A stretch of 64,000 nucleotides of DNA from an uncultured Clostridia bacterium (GCA_944382715.1 CALWNC010000001.1:118872-182871); one strand, 5' to 3'. Positions 21,375 to 30,435 are shown, numbered from the stretch's first letter. Translations and numbers: made by a program. The notes: a model not told the origin generated them from the sequence alone.

Positions 21375-21638
21375 TATTTTCCTCCAAGTTATGATTTACC
21401 AAAACAAATTACCACTCGTTACAAAGCTATATAATGTAAGATGTTTTGTCGCCTTAATCTAGTTAAGACTATTGTCAGTTAAAGTTATCTTTCTTGGGCT
21501 ATACAAAAGTAACCTTTAACATCAACCCATTTGTTGTGGATAAACAAACTTTTTGAGTTACAAAACTAAGATTTTGCACTTTCATAGGGTTTGTTTGGGA
21601 AGCAAATCAGCATAAAATCCCACTCCACAAAGTGTAAC
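21375..21638 (-). promoter_or_regulatory. ~260-nt 5' leader of the S10 operon (candidate cis-regulatory RNA)
   Basis: Lies between the consensus promoter (-10 at 21645-21650) and the rpsJ ATG at 21374. Noticeably less AT-rich than other spacers, with no ORF. Confidence 0.55.
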
Positions 21639-21644
21639 AAAGGT

Positions 21645-21673
21645 ATTATACTAAACACCCGGCTTCGTGTCAA
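21645..21673 (-). promoter_or_regulatory. Consensus sigma-70 promoter of the S10-spc-alpha cluster
   Basis: Minus strand reads TTGACA (21668-21673), 17 nt, TATAAT (21645-21650). Both hexamers are perfect. Confidence 0.75.
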
Positions 21674-21743
21674 GAGATTTTTGCAAAATTATTAAAGAAA
21701 TTTTTAAATGTAAAAAAATCTAAATTTTAGCCTAAAATTCGGC

Positions 21744-21782
21744 AAAAAAAATCAAGAGTAAAAAAATTAATTTTACTCTTGA
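21744..21782 (-). terminator. Intrinsic terminator after the 527-aa ORF
   Basis: TCAAGAGTAAAA/TTTTACTCTTGA stem followed by T8 on the minus strand. Confidence 0.75.
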
Positions 21783-21800
21783 CTATATTTTTAATAAATT

Positions 21801-23384
21801 CTATTCATACTGAAGTTCTTCGTTATCCTTTTTGTTTTCTCCATTACTTTTAAGTTTTGAGTAAGGTTTATAAACCTTTTGAGTTGTTGAAATTCTAATT
21901 GTCGTAACATTTGATACACCATTTATCCCATGTCTTTGTCCAGATACAGACTTCACAGTGTTACCCAACGAATTCTTGCTAATATTAATTTTTATAAGAC
22001 CTTGATTTTCAAGTCTATATTCATTCAATTCTTTTAAAAACTCATATAGATTATATCTTTCTTCTGAGCCCAGCTTAATGTTTTCTTGTTCATTTTGGTA
22101 TTCCCCACTAGATAAAACTTCAACTAGTTGAGAAATAGTAAGGGGTGAAGAAGATAAGCTTTTCTTGTCACTCTCTGAATAATTTTCTAGTTGCTCATAA
22201 TCGATATTGAAAGAACTTGTATTTTCTTGAGTTTCTGCTTCTTTTTCTAGTTTGGATTGCAATTTTGTCTTTACTCTTTGTGATTTAAGAGAGTATTCTC
22301 TTCTAAGAAAATCACTCCAATTATATTTAATTAATACTTCACTCATTATTAAAAATCTTTCAAAAAGATGAGGGATATCGTCAATTGGTTTTTCATTTGG
22401 TTTTGTGTGAAGAAGTGCATCAATATCTAAATTATTAAGTTTACGCTCAGCTTCTGCTCTTAAAACAAGTCCATAATCTCTCTTATGTAGTCTAAACTGT
22501 CTATCAAAATCCTTTACGAATTTATTGTTTTTGCTTAAAGCTTCTGAAAGTTGAGTTCTTAAGTTAGTAAATATTTCAATTACTTTATTATCAGACTCAG
22601 TCAAAGATTGAACATTTTGGTAAATCTTTAAAATTTCTTCACACTCTTCCAGTCCCGTTAATATATCTTCATTACGAGAAAGTGCCCTCTCTTTGAGTCT
22701 GTTAATTATGTGAGCCATTCTGTTATCGTCAAATAAAACATCTTGATCTGATTTTATGTCTTTTAAGATTATATTTAGATTTTCTTGAATATTCAAAAAT
22801 TTCTCATCAATAGTTATTCTTTTTCTAGAATTTGTATTTGAATTTGATTCAAAAAAATGAACATAAGATTGTTCGGAATCTTTGATATTGTCCATAGTAT
22901 TGATTTTTTGAGCACCGTTTTTTAATTCATCTTGTTTGAGATTTAATATTGATTTGTAAGCTGAGCTAAATTGAATCTTTCTGTTTAAAGAATTATTATT
23001 TGGCGAACTATACTGCAATGCCTGCTTGAAGTCCTTTAATTTATTCAAATTATTAGTTGCAAGCTGAACCTTTACTAAATTAAAGACTATATTAGCTCTT
23101 GAAGATTCAGTAAGTCTTGAATTTGACTGTAACATTTCAATAAATTTTGATTCAATTAAATTTAATTGATTTAAATCACTTGAAAGATTCTCATCAAAAC
23201 TTGGCGAATTAAAAAGGTCCAAAATCTGTTGTTCCTGCTCTTGAGTTAAAACAATATCATCAAAATCAAATTCTTTAAGCCTATCATTCAAATTATCAAA
23301 TGTCTGCTTAACATTTTTATCCAAAGTTTCTTTTTCATTCAACGCTGCAATACTATGCGTCGTATTATTTATAATCTTACTCAT
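21801..23384 (-). CDS. Hypothetical 527-aa protein (N/K/E/L-rich, probably alpha-helical, no TM), translationally coupled to rplI
   Basis: Long uninterrupted ORF. Its ATG overlaps the rplI TGA (ATGA) and its own terminator follows. I recognise no family motif. Confidence 0.75.
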   Translation of the reverse strand: MSKIINNTTHSIAALNEKETLDKNVKQTFDNLNDRLKEFDFDDIVLTQEQEQQILDLFNSPSFDENLSSDLNQLNLIESKFIEMLQSNSRLTESSRANIVFNLVKVQLATNNLNKLKDFKQALQYSSPNNNSLNRKIQFSSAYKSILNLKQDELKNGAQKINTMDNIKDSEQSYVHFFESNSNTNSRKRITIDEKFLNIQENLNIILKDIKSDQDVLFDDNRMAHIINRLKERALSRNEDILTGLEECEEILKIYQNVQSLTESDNKVIEIFTNLRTQLSEALSKNNKFVKDFDRQFRLHKRDYGLVLRAEAERKLNNLDIDALLHTKPNEKPIDDIPHLFERFLIMSEVLIKYNWSDFLRREYSLKSQRVKTKLQSKLEKEAETQENTSSFNIDYEQLENYSESDKKSLSSSPLTISQLVEVLSSGEYQNEQENIKLGSEERYNLYEFLKELNEYRLENQGLIKINISKNSLGNTVKSVSGQRHGINGVSNVTTIRISTTQKVYKPYSKLKSNGENKKDNEELQYE

Positions 23385-23824
23385 TTTGCCCTCACATTAA
23401 GTTTCACACTGCAAGAAACCCCCTTATAAAGCTTAATTTCAACTGAGTACGAGCCAGCTGTCTTTATAGGTTTTTCAAGATTAATATTTTTCTTATCAAT
23501 GTTGTAGCCGAGAGATAAAAGTTTTTCGGAAATTTCTTTTGAAGAAATAGAGCCAAATGCCTTGCCTCTTTCCCCTACCTCAATTTCAAAGTCCAATCCA
23601 ACATCTTTAAGTTTTTCGGCATCTGCTTTAGCTTTAGCAGTTTCCTCTGCAATTTTTCTAGCCTCCTCTGCCTTTTGCCTGTTATTGATGACCATATTAC
23701 TAGAACTTGCAGGGACAGCTAAACCATTTTTAAGCAAATAATTATTTGCATAACCGTCAGAAACATTTATAACATCACCTTTCTTACCTTGGGACTTAAC
23801 ATCTTTTACTAAAATAACTTTCAT
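23381..23824 (-). CDS. rplI: 50S ribosomal protein L9
   Basis: MKVILVKDVKSQGKKGDVINVSDGYANNYL is a canonical L9 start. The ORF-track 222-aa version is a spurious upstream extension. Confidence 0.93.
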   Translation of the reverse strand: MKVILVKDVKSQGKKGDVINVSDGYANNYLLKNGLAVPASSSNMVINNRQKAEEARKIAEETAKAKADAEKLKDVGLDFEIEVGERGKAFGSISSKEISEKLLSLGYNIDKKNINLEKPIKTAGSYSVEIKLYKGVSCSVKLNVRAK

Positions 23825-23934
23825 AAAATTCTCCTTAATAGTATTATATAACTCAATTGGCGACTTGTCAATTAGGCAATATTTTTTGATTAAAAAAAAT
23901 AAATATGAGCATAATAAGAGCAAGGAGAAAAAGT

Positions 23935-24231
23935 ATGTTTGATTTAAAGTGTAAAAAAACTGATTGCCAGTACAATAAATATTGCAACTGCCGAGCAAAT
24001 CTTGTAGAAATTGAAAAAAGTACAGAGTGCGAAACTTACAAACCTTCAAATGAAGCAGAAGTTGGGGAAATTGAAAAAATAGACCAGCCAGCAGTTAGAA
24101 AAAATGTCAAAGTAGAATGCAATGCAGACTGTATATTTAATAGAGAATTTGAATGCTGTGCAAATGGAATTACAGTCCAACCATGCACTGGGAACAACTG
24201 TCCAAACTGCTGTACATTTATGCCAAGATAA
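23935..24231 (+). CDS. Cys-rich small protein, two DUF1540-like repeats
   Basis: Two copies of C..(T/A)DC.YN/FN....C.A..I.V pattern. SD AAGGAGA lies before the ATG at 23935. Confidence 0.6.
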   Translation: MFDLKCKKTDCQYNKYCNCRANLVEIEKSTECETYKPSNEAEVGEIEKIDQPAVRKNVKVECNADCIFNREFECCANGITVQPCTGNNCPNCCTFMPR

Positions 24232-24289
24232 AAAGTTTTAATCTTTTCATTTAAATTTAACTTGTCAAAAGTTTTTACAAAATTAGTAG

Positions 24290-24318
24290 CACATAATCAA
24301 TTGATTATGTGTTTTTTT
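24290..24318 (+). terminator. Intrinsic terminator
   Basis: Perfect palindrome CACATAATCAATTGATTATGTG followed by T7. Confidence 0.75.
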
Positions 24319-24621
24319 GTTACAAACTAAATACAACAAAATCTATTGATAAAAATAACTTAATTTCATTTAAATAAATAGAACAAATTAAGCGATTATT
24401 TTATATTAAAGCTGTAAAAATTCTTAAAAATTAAAATTTTAATCACTTTTTAATAATGATGCACCCCGCAATTTAAAAGGTTTTTACAAATATAATAAAA
24501 ATATAAAAATTTAAAATCTAAACGAATAAAATAATATTGACATTTATTTAATTTTTGGTATCATTAAAATAAGAAGTAATTTTAAATAAAATGTAGAATT
24601 GTGCATTTAAAGGAGGAGAAA

Positions 24622-25008
24622 ATGAAGAGATTTTTTATAAAGTTGGCACTCATAATTGTGGTTCTTGCAATTGGAGTGTGGAACTATAAACTAGTTAGTT
24701 TTAATGGTGGAATAAAGTTCCCATCAGAAGCACCTGCAACTTTTACAGACACAATAAAAGAGCTTACAAATATTCAAAAAATCTATTACTATAACAACCC
24801 ATTTGGCGAAGATTTTGTAACAATAATTGAAACTGATGACCACCTGTATCTAAGTACTGCAACCCAAGAGGAATTAAATTTAATAGATATTGCTGGGATT
24901 TTTGCATCAGATTTAAAACCACAATCTGTCACAATTATACCTTGGTATGTGTATTTAATTGTTGTGCTTGTAATTGCTTTCTTCCCAAGACTAAAGCGAA
25001 GAAAATAG
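24622..25008 (+). CDS. Hypothetical protein with N- and C-terminal TM helices
   Basis: AGGAGGAG SD before the ATG at 24622. Hydrophobic segments occur at both ends. Confidence 0.65.
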   Translation: MKRFFIKLALIIVVLAIGVWNYKLVSFNGGIKFPSEAPATFTDTIKELTNIQKIYYYNNPFGEDFVTIIETDDHLYLSTATQEELNLIDIAGIFASDLKPQSVTIIPWYVYLIVVLVIAFFPRLKRRK

Positions 25009-25026
25009 CTACAATCTATTAATAAA

Positions 25027-25067
25027 AACCTATTGAGATAATAAAAACAATTTCAATAGGTTTTTTA
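25027..25067 (+). terminator. Intrinsic terminator
   Basis: AACCTATTGA/TCAATAGGTT stem followed by a T-run. Confidence 0.7.
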
Positions 25068-25733
25068 TTTTACTTTTTTAACTTTAAATTAGATAAAATT
25101 AAGCGTTAAGTTTTTAAAATAACTCTAATAAATAATTCTACAAATTATTTAAAAAAAATCAAAATTTTTACATCAAAAATTAGCTAAAAATAATTTATTT
25201 AAATTTAGTTTGTCAAAAACAGATTGAAACCCGAAAATTGTGTAAAAGTATGTTATAAAAATTATATTTCTTGGTTATTACAGTTTAATATAATTTATAC
25301 TAATTAATTTTAATTTTCTTAGTCGAATTAAATCAATAAATGCAATTATTACAATTAATTTAATCAATTAAAAATTAATTTAATTAATTTTAATTAATTA
25401 TGTAGTTTAAATTATAAAAAAGAATAATTTTGATGAATTTAATAAAATAATATATAAAAATGTAAAAATAAGTTCAATTTTAAGTAATAACTCACAATTT
25501 TGTTAAATTTATAGAAAGATTGTCGAATTGACCTTAAAATTTTGGCTAATAATTTAAAATTTTTTTAAATTAAATTAGATTTTTAAAAATAAATTTAACT
25601 TATAAGTTATTTTAATTTTTAAATTGCTATTAGTTTTAGAATTTTTAAATTGGCTAAAAAAAAATTTGAACTAGCCGTCCAAATTTTTCACTACACATCA
25701 TTGCTATTTTATTTCAATTACTTCCAAATCAAT

Positions 25734-26068
25734 TTAGCATATATATTGCCTAAAAAAATATTTTTTTGCTTCTTTGGTATATTCTATTTTACGAATTTCT
25801 AACGACATATCTTCAGTATGCCAAAGAACAAGATTTTTTATGTTAACTTTTTCTGCAAACTGAGCAATCTCTTTTACCATGCCATGTCCCTTTTCGTGTG
25901 TAAATAAATTTTGTTTCATCTCTATCTAAACAAAAAACTTCGTGTAAAGAAAACTATGATTTTTACCTTTTCATAAAGCTTTGTCTTTAATGCCCCATCT
26001 CCAACAAAACAATTGTTGTAATAATTTGCATTTCCACCGTTTTAAGTGCTAAGAACATATAATTTCAT
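25734..26068 (-). pseudogene. Decayed metallo-beta-lactamase-fold hydrolase remnant
   Basis: Starts MKLYVLST*NGGNANYYNNCFV (stop at codon 9) and then changes frame. The C-terminal piece GHGMVKEIAQFAEKVNIKNLVLWH resembles an MBL C-terminus. The central HxHxDH region is missing. Confidence 0.6.
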
Positions 26069-26237
26069 ATTACAAAATTCCTCAAATTTTTTAAAAAAAT
26101 TTGGGTATAACAACCTTATAAATAATTATTTTTTGCAAGGCAAAAATTTTATTCTAATTATTTAAATTGAGTATTTTTTTTCGACAAAAATTTTAAAAAA
26201 ATTTAGGCTCACCTTAACAAATTTAATTTTTACTTAC

Positions 26238-27023
26238 CTAAGCTTCAATCATCGCTTTTAATTTTTCAGCCCTTTTGAATGAATCAACATAAAATTCTTG
26301 CAAACTTTGTTTAATATAAAAATTAGAATAACAACTTTCTAGTGTAATTGGACCAGTATAATTTGCCGTTTTTAATTTAAACATAAAGTCCTGCCAATCA
26401 ATTGTACCATCAAAAGGAAGTCTATGTTGGTCGTCAGTCCCATCGTTATCGTGAAGATGAACTGCAAAAATTTTATCTGAAAATTTTTCCCAAGAAAAAT
26501 CATCTTTAAAGAAACAATGACAATGACCAATATCAAAGCAAATTCCAATATTATCATTTTTAATATTATCAAATATATATTCCAGATAACCTTGAAGCTT
26601 TGTATTTTCAAACGCAATTTTAATATTTAGTTTCTTGGCATAGTCTGCTATTTTTTGAAATCTTGCAAGTCCAATCTCATTTGGCTCAGGTGCAGTTGAT
26701 TTTGATTGTAAGTGCATTACCACCAAATTTATATTGTTTTTAGAACATTCGTCCAAATTCCTTAAATATTTTTTGACTAATTGTTCCCCCTCTTCTCCAT
26801 CTAACCAAATACTATTAATTCCGTCATAGCCAAGATGAGCAAATTCTATTTCAAGACCAAGTTCTTTGCAGTAATCTAATTGAACCTGCTGAGAAACTTC
26901 CCATTCCCTATCATACCATTGAACAAAAACCTTTTTGTATCCTGCATTTTTGATTGATTTTATGGTATCTATTATACTTACACCCTTATTTTGATTATTG
27001 ATACATTGACAAATCTCTCTCAT
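26238..27023 (-). CDS. Sugar phosphate isomerase/epimerase (xylose isomerase-like TIM barrel)
   Basis: Metal-ligand pattern ...AFEN...FDIGHCH...HLHDNDG.DDQH. ATG placed behind AGGAG. Confidence 0.7.
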   Translation of the reverse strand: MREICQCINNQNKGVSIIDTIKSIKNAGYKKVFVQWYDREWEVSQQVQLDYCKELGLEIEFAHLGYDGINSIWLDGEEGEQLVKKYLRNLDECSKNNINLVVMHLQSKSTAPEPNEIGLARFQKIADYAKKLNIKIAFENTKLQGYLEYIFDNIKNDNIGICFDIGHCHCFFKDDFSWEKFSDKIFAVHLHDNDGTDDQHRLPFDGTIDWQDFMFKLKTANYTGPITLESCYSNFYIKQSLQEFYVDSFKRAEKLKAMIEA

Positions 27024-27284
27024 AACTCTCCTTAACCGTTTAAACAAACTTAAAAATTATATTTTAATTAATTATAATTTTTATCAAATTTATAAGATTA
27101 TTAATAATGGCAAACAAATATTCACCTATGTTCCAATGCTGATAAAACTCACACAAAATCAGACACTAAAACCTACACAAAATCAAATATATTGCCTAAT
27201 TATACATTATAAATACTTTACAAATTTTAACAATCTTTTAAATAAAATAAAAAATTTTTAGACTTTTTGTATAATTTTGCAAAA

Positions 27285-27318
27285 TAAAAAAACTTCTATT
27301 TAAAATAGAAGTTTTTTA
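27285..27318. terminator. Bidirectional hairpin terminator (serves the pilin gene)
   Basis: AACTTCTATT/AATAGAAGTT stem flanked by an A-run and a T-run. Confidence 0.7.
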
Positions 27319-27352
27319 TAATTTTCTATAATAGAGTTTTACTACAATTTAG

Positions 27353-27781
27353 CTACTCAGCTACTCTTGTAAAAGCAGTATAGCCATTAAACTCTGTAAC
27401 TACTCTAGTTGTTGAATCTTCTGTAACACTTACCTTAACTTGTGTATAGGTATAACCGTTCTGAGTAACAGTAACAGCATCAGCATCTTCTGAAACAGTC
27501 GCACCATCAACTTTGCCATATTCTCCACTTGTACTATTGTACTCGTAAACAACTTTATTAACAACAAAGTATACTTCATCTTGACCTTTATAATCACCAG
27601 TGGCAGCAACTGAAGTGTATTCAACATAAGCATTTCTTAAATTTTCTTGAAGTGCAGCATCTTGTGCTTTTTGAACAAGTCCTGAGAATGTAGGGATTAA
27701 AATTGCTGATAAAATACCAATAACTGCAATGACAATTACAAGTTCAACAATTGTAAAACCTTTCTTCTTTGTATTTTTCAT
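27353..27781 (-). CDS. Prepilin-type N-terminal cleavage/methylation domain protein (type IV pilin/pseudopilin-like), orphan
   Basis: MKNTKKKGFTIVELVIVIAVIGILSAILIP is a class III signal peptide (G|FT.VE). Confidence 0.85.
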   Translation of the reverse strand: MKNTKKKGFTIVELVIVIAVIGILSAILIPTFSGLVQKAQDAALQENLRNAYVEYTSVAATGDYKGQDEVYFVVNKVVYEYNSTSGEYGKVDGATVSEDADAVTVTQNGYTYTQVKVSVTEDSTTRVVTEFNGYTAFTRVAE

Positions 27782-27987
27782 TAAAATTTCCCTCCTATCA
27801 TATTTAGAATGTGCTTTGCATAATCAAATTGACAATCAAAAACAAAAAATAAAAATTTTCTTTTATTTATCAATGATTACTTATCGCAAACTAAATTCTA
27901 TGATAATAGATTACTTCATTTAACTTTAAATTGTCAAGTAAAATTCTTTTCAAAATAAATAAAAATATCTTCAAATTTTGAAGATAT

Positions 27988-29307
27988 TTATTTATCAAGT
28001 GTTGATAACTCATTACCATTTGAATTTTCTCTAATTCTTGAAAAAATTGCTGATACTTTTTCTTTTTCTCCCTCTTCCATTGGCTTTCTATCTTTAATTC
28101 TTGTAAGGTTAAGGCTATAACTATGATTTTCACTAAAATCATAAACCAAAGGTTCTTCTTCCAAACCTTCTTCTGGAATAATTTTAAAGCCAACTTTTTT
28201 ATGAAGTTTTTGTGAGCCTATATTGTGCGACCTAATATCTGCCATAAGATTATCATATCCAGCTGAGTGCTTTTTTACAAATTCATATAAAATCTCGCCA
28301 AGTCCATAGCCCTGATATTCTTTTTTTATTGCCATTACATTTGTATAAATCTCACCTTTTTCTTTTTCTGCAAGTCCAACAAATCCAATAACCTTGCCAT
28401 CATTTTCAATTGTAATATTGTATTTGTTTAAACTACAAGGAATAGAATGGCTTAAAGTTCCACCATTTACTATAGTATTCTCTACTAGCAAATTATGTAT
28501 TTGTTTTGCCTTTTCCTCTCCAACTTTTAAAGCCGTTACAACAACGGCATCTTTTAGTTGCTTATTATACAAATTTTGTTTCTGTTCTAGTTTTTGTGAT
28601 TGTCCTTGAACTTGACCATGAACACTTTCTTTCTTCTCTGACTCCTGACTAAGACTGAAAAGTTTTTTAAGGCATTTATCCTCATAATTAGAAATTAAAA
28701 TATTAAAAATTTCTCTTTCTTGTGCAGATAAAATTTCATCTGCCTGTTTCTTATAATCGTAGGTTAATTTATATAATCTCTTTGCAAGAATTTCACAAGT
28801 TTTTTTGTCATAATATTTATCTTTAACACAAGATGAGATTGTAGAATCATTATTCGTAAATTCTAAGATTAGTTCGTTTTTTGCTTTTAGAAGTTCCTCA
28901 TCAGTTTTAATTCTGCCATACTTAACATCTGATTTTAAATCTTTTATAATTAAATTAGAGTCTGTTAAAATAGACCTAATATCGGCATCGGCATTGTATA
29001 AAAGAACCGACATAAGAATTGATTGAATTTCATTATCAAGTAAAGTTTGTTCACTATCAATAGGTGAAATATATCCAGTTTTTCCGTCAGTTGTTAAAAC
29101 TTTAACAGCATAGTAATCATCATTTCCAATTAATTTACTATTTGAAATAGGCTCTATTGATCTATATGATTGTCCAAATTCGTTGCCGTAGTAAGAAAGT
29201 TTATTATTACCATTTTTATCTTTTAAGATTGTCAAATGACCACCAAGCCTTCCACATCGCAAAAATGTATAATAATTATTTGGATTTTTATCAACATTAA
29301 ATTCCAT
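27988..29307 (-). CDS. Fusion of an unknown ~230-aa N-terminal domain with a C-terminal GNAT acetyltransferase
   Basis: C-terminus has the GNAT motif A (MAIKKEYQGYGLGEILY...). The N-terminal domain is paralogous to 29680-30435. Confidence 0.75.
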   Translation of the reverse strand: MEFNVDKNPNNYYTFLRCGRLGGHLTILKDKNGNNKLSYYGNEFGQSYRSIEPISNSKLIGNDDYYAVKVLTTDGKTGYISPIDSEQTLLDNEIQSILMSVLLYNADADIRSILTDSNLIIKDLKSDVKYGRIKTDEELLKAKNELILEFTNNDSTISSCVKDKYYDKKTCEILAKRLYKLTYDYKKQADEILSAQEREIFNILISNYEDKCLKKLFSLSQESEKKESVHGQVQGQSQKLEQKQNLYNKQLKDAVVVTALKVGEEKAKQIHNLLVENTIVNGGTLSHSIPCSLNKYNITIENDGKVIGFVGLAEKEKGEIYTNVMAIKKEYQGYGLGEILYEFVKKHSAGYDNLMADIRSHNIGSQKLHKKVGFKIIPEEGLEEEPLVYDFSENHSYSLNLTRIKDRKPMEEGEKEKVSAIFSRIRENSNGNELSTLDK

Positions 29308-29679
29308 TGACCTACTCCAAATTAAATTTTATTGTACATTATTTATTATACATTAAATGGTGATAAAAATCAATACTAAATTATTTTATACAATATTTCT
29401 AATAAATAAATTCCCTATAGAAACCATAAATAACAAATCAATCAAAATTTATGAGTTTACCTAAAAGCAAATTATGAAATGACTTAAATTTATTAAATTT
29501 TCATTAAAAATTATAACACTAAACAAATACAAATTTTGTAAAAATATCAAAAATATTAAACAAAAAAAATAAGATTGTGTAAAATTTAAATCAAACTTCA
29601 AACTTATTAAATTTCATTTTTTTTCAATAAATAAGACAACAATCTTATTATATCTATAAATATTTAAAATGTAATTTTT

Positions 29680-30435
29680 CTACCTAGTATTGCTCAAATC
29701 CTCATTATACATATTTTTTATCACTTTTAAATAGTTTTCATTAATTAAAGTCAAATCACCTATGGTAATATACTCCCAACTTGGCAAAATCTGAGTTAGC
29801 ATAACCTTCTTTAAATCATCACTCATAGTTCCAGAATCTCTAATCATCCACTCATAACCAGATAATAGTTCATAAAAATTATTTGCCAAAACATTACAAA
29901 TTTCACTATCAAACTCTGTTAATTTCACACTCAAATCTATTGGACTACAAAGATTTCCATTTTCATAAGTTGATCCCATTTTTAATTCGTTTATTCTTGA
30001 AGAATAATTATATTTCAAATCAATATTTTTATTCTCAAGTTTAAAACCATTAACAAGAGTATCAATATACTTTTGAATTTGTCGGCCAGCGATATTTAAA
30101 AATGACCCCACAATATATGCATCCTTAGGATTTGATAACAAAGTCTGCTCGGCATCAACAGGACAAATATAACCCTCTTCGCCACCGTCTGAAATAACTT
30201 TCAATGCACTACACATAACGGCAGAATGATTGCTATCTTTATCAATCACTTCCCGCATTTCGATATATTTATTACCTATAAAATTTCCATTGTGAAATAA
30301 CTGATAGTTTTCTTTTTTTGTTTCACTATCTTGAAGCTTTACAATATACTACGCCTTTTCTAAATTGTCCTTTTTATATTCGGTAAAAAATGGATAAATT
30401 TGCTTAGCATTAATGACTCTACTTTTCTGTTTCAT
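29680..30435 (-). pseudogene. Paralog of the N-terminal domain of 27988-29307, interrupted by an in-frame TAG (30349-30351)
   Basis: ATG at 30435 has a TAGGAG SD. Codon 29 is TAG. Downstream the frame continues as YIVKLQDSETKKENYQLFHNGNFIGNKYIEMREVIDKD.... The ORF-track start (30258) has no SD. Confidence 0.6.

Noticed and set aside
21531-21541. Perfect DnaA box TTATCCACA (minus strand) inside the S10 leader
   Set aside because: It is a single isolated box with no cluster, no dnaA/dnaN nearby and no AT-rich unwinding element context. Most likely chance.
23825-24049. 75-aa N-terminal extension of L9 in the ORF track (222-aa version); similar extensions for S13, L11, L33, DapB and the 39428 membrane protein
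   Set aside because: Canonical family N-termini with proper SDs occur at internal ATGs. The extensions run through promoter or spacer DNA.
27151-27185. Direct repeat ACACAAAATCA x2 (24 bp apart) upstream of the TIM-barrel isomerase gene
   Set aside because: It is short (11 nt) and A-rich and could be chance. No adjacent regulator gene supports an operator call.
30349-30351. In-frame TAG as pyrrolysine or programmed read-through
   Set aside because: No pyl genes or PYLIS-like context are visible, and TAG is used as an ordinary stop elsewhere in the window (e.g. rpmJ, rpsE). A nonsense mutation in a redundant paralog is the simpler explanation, so it is kept only as a low-probability alternative.
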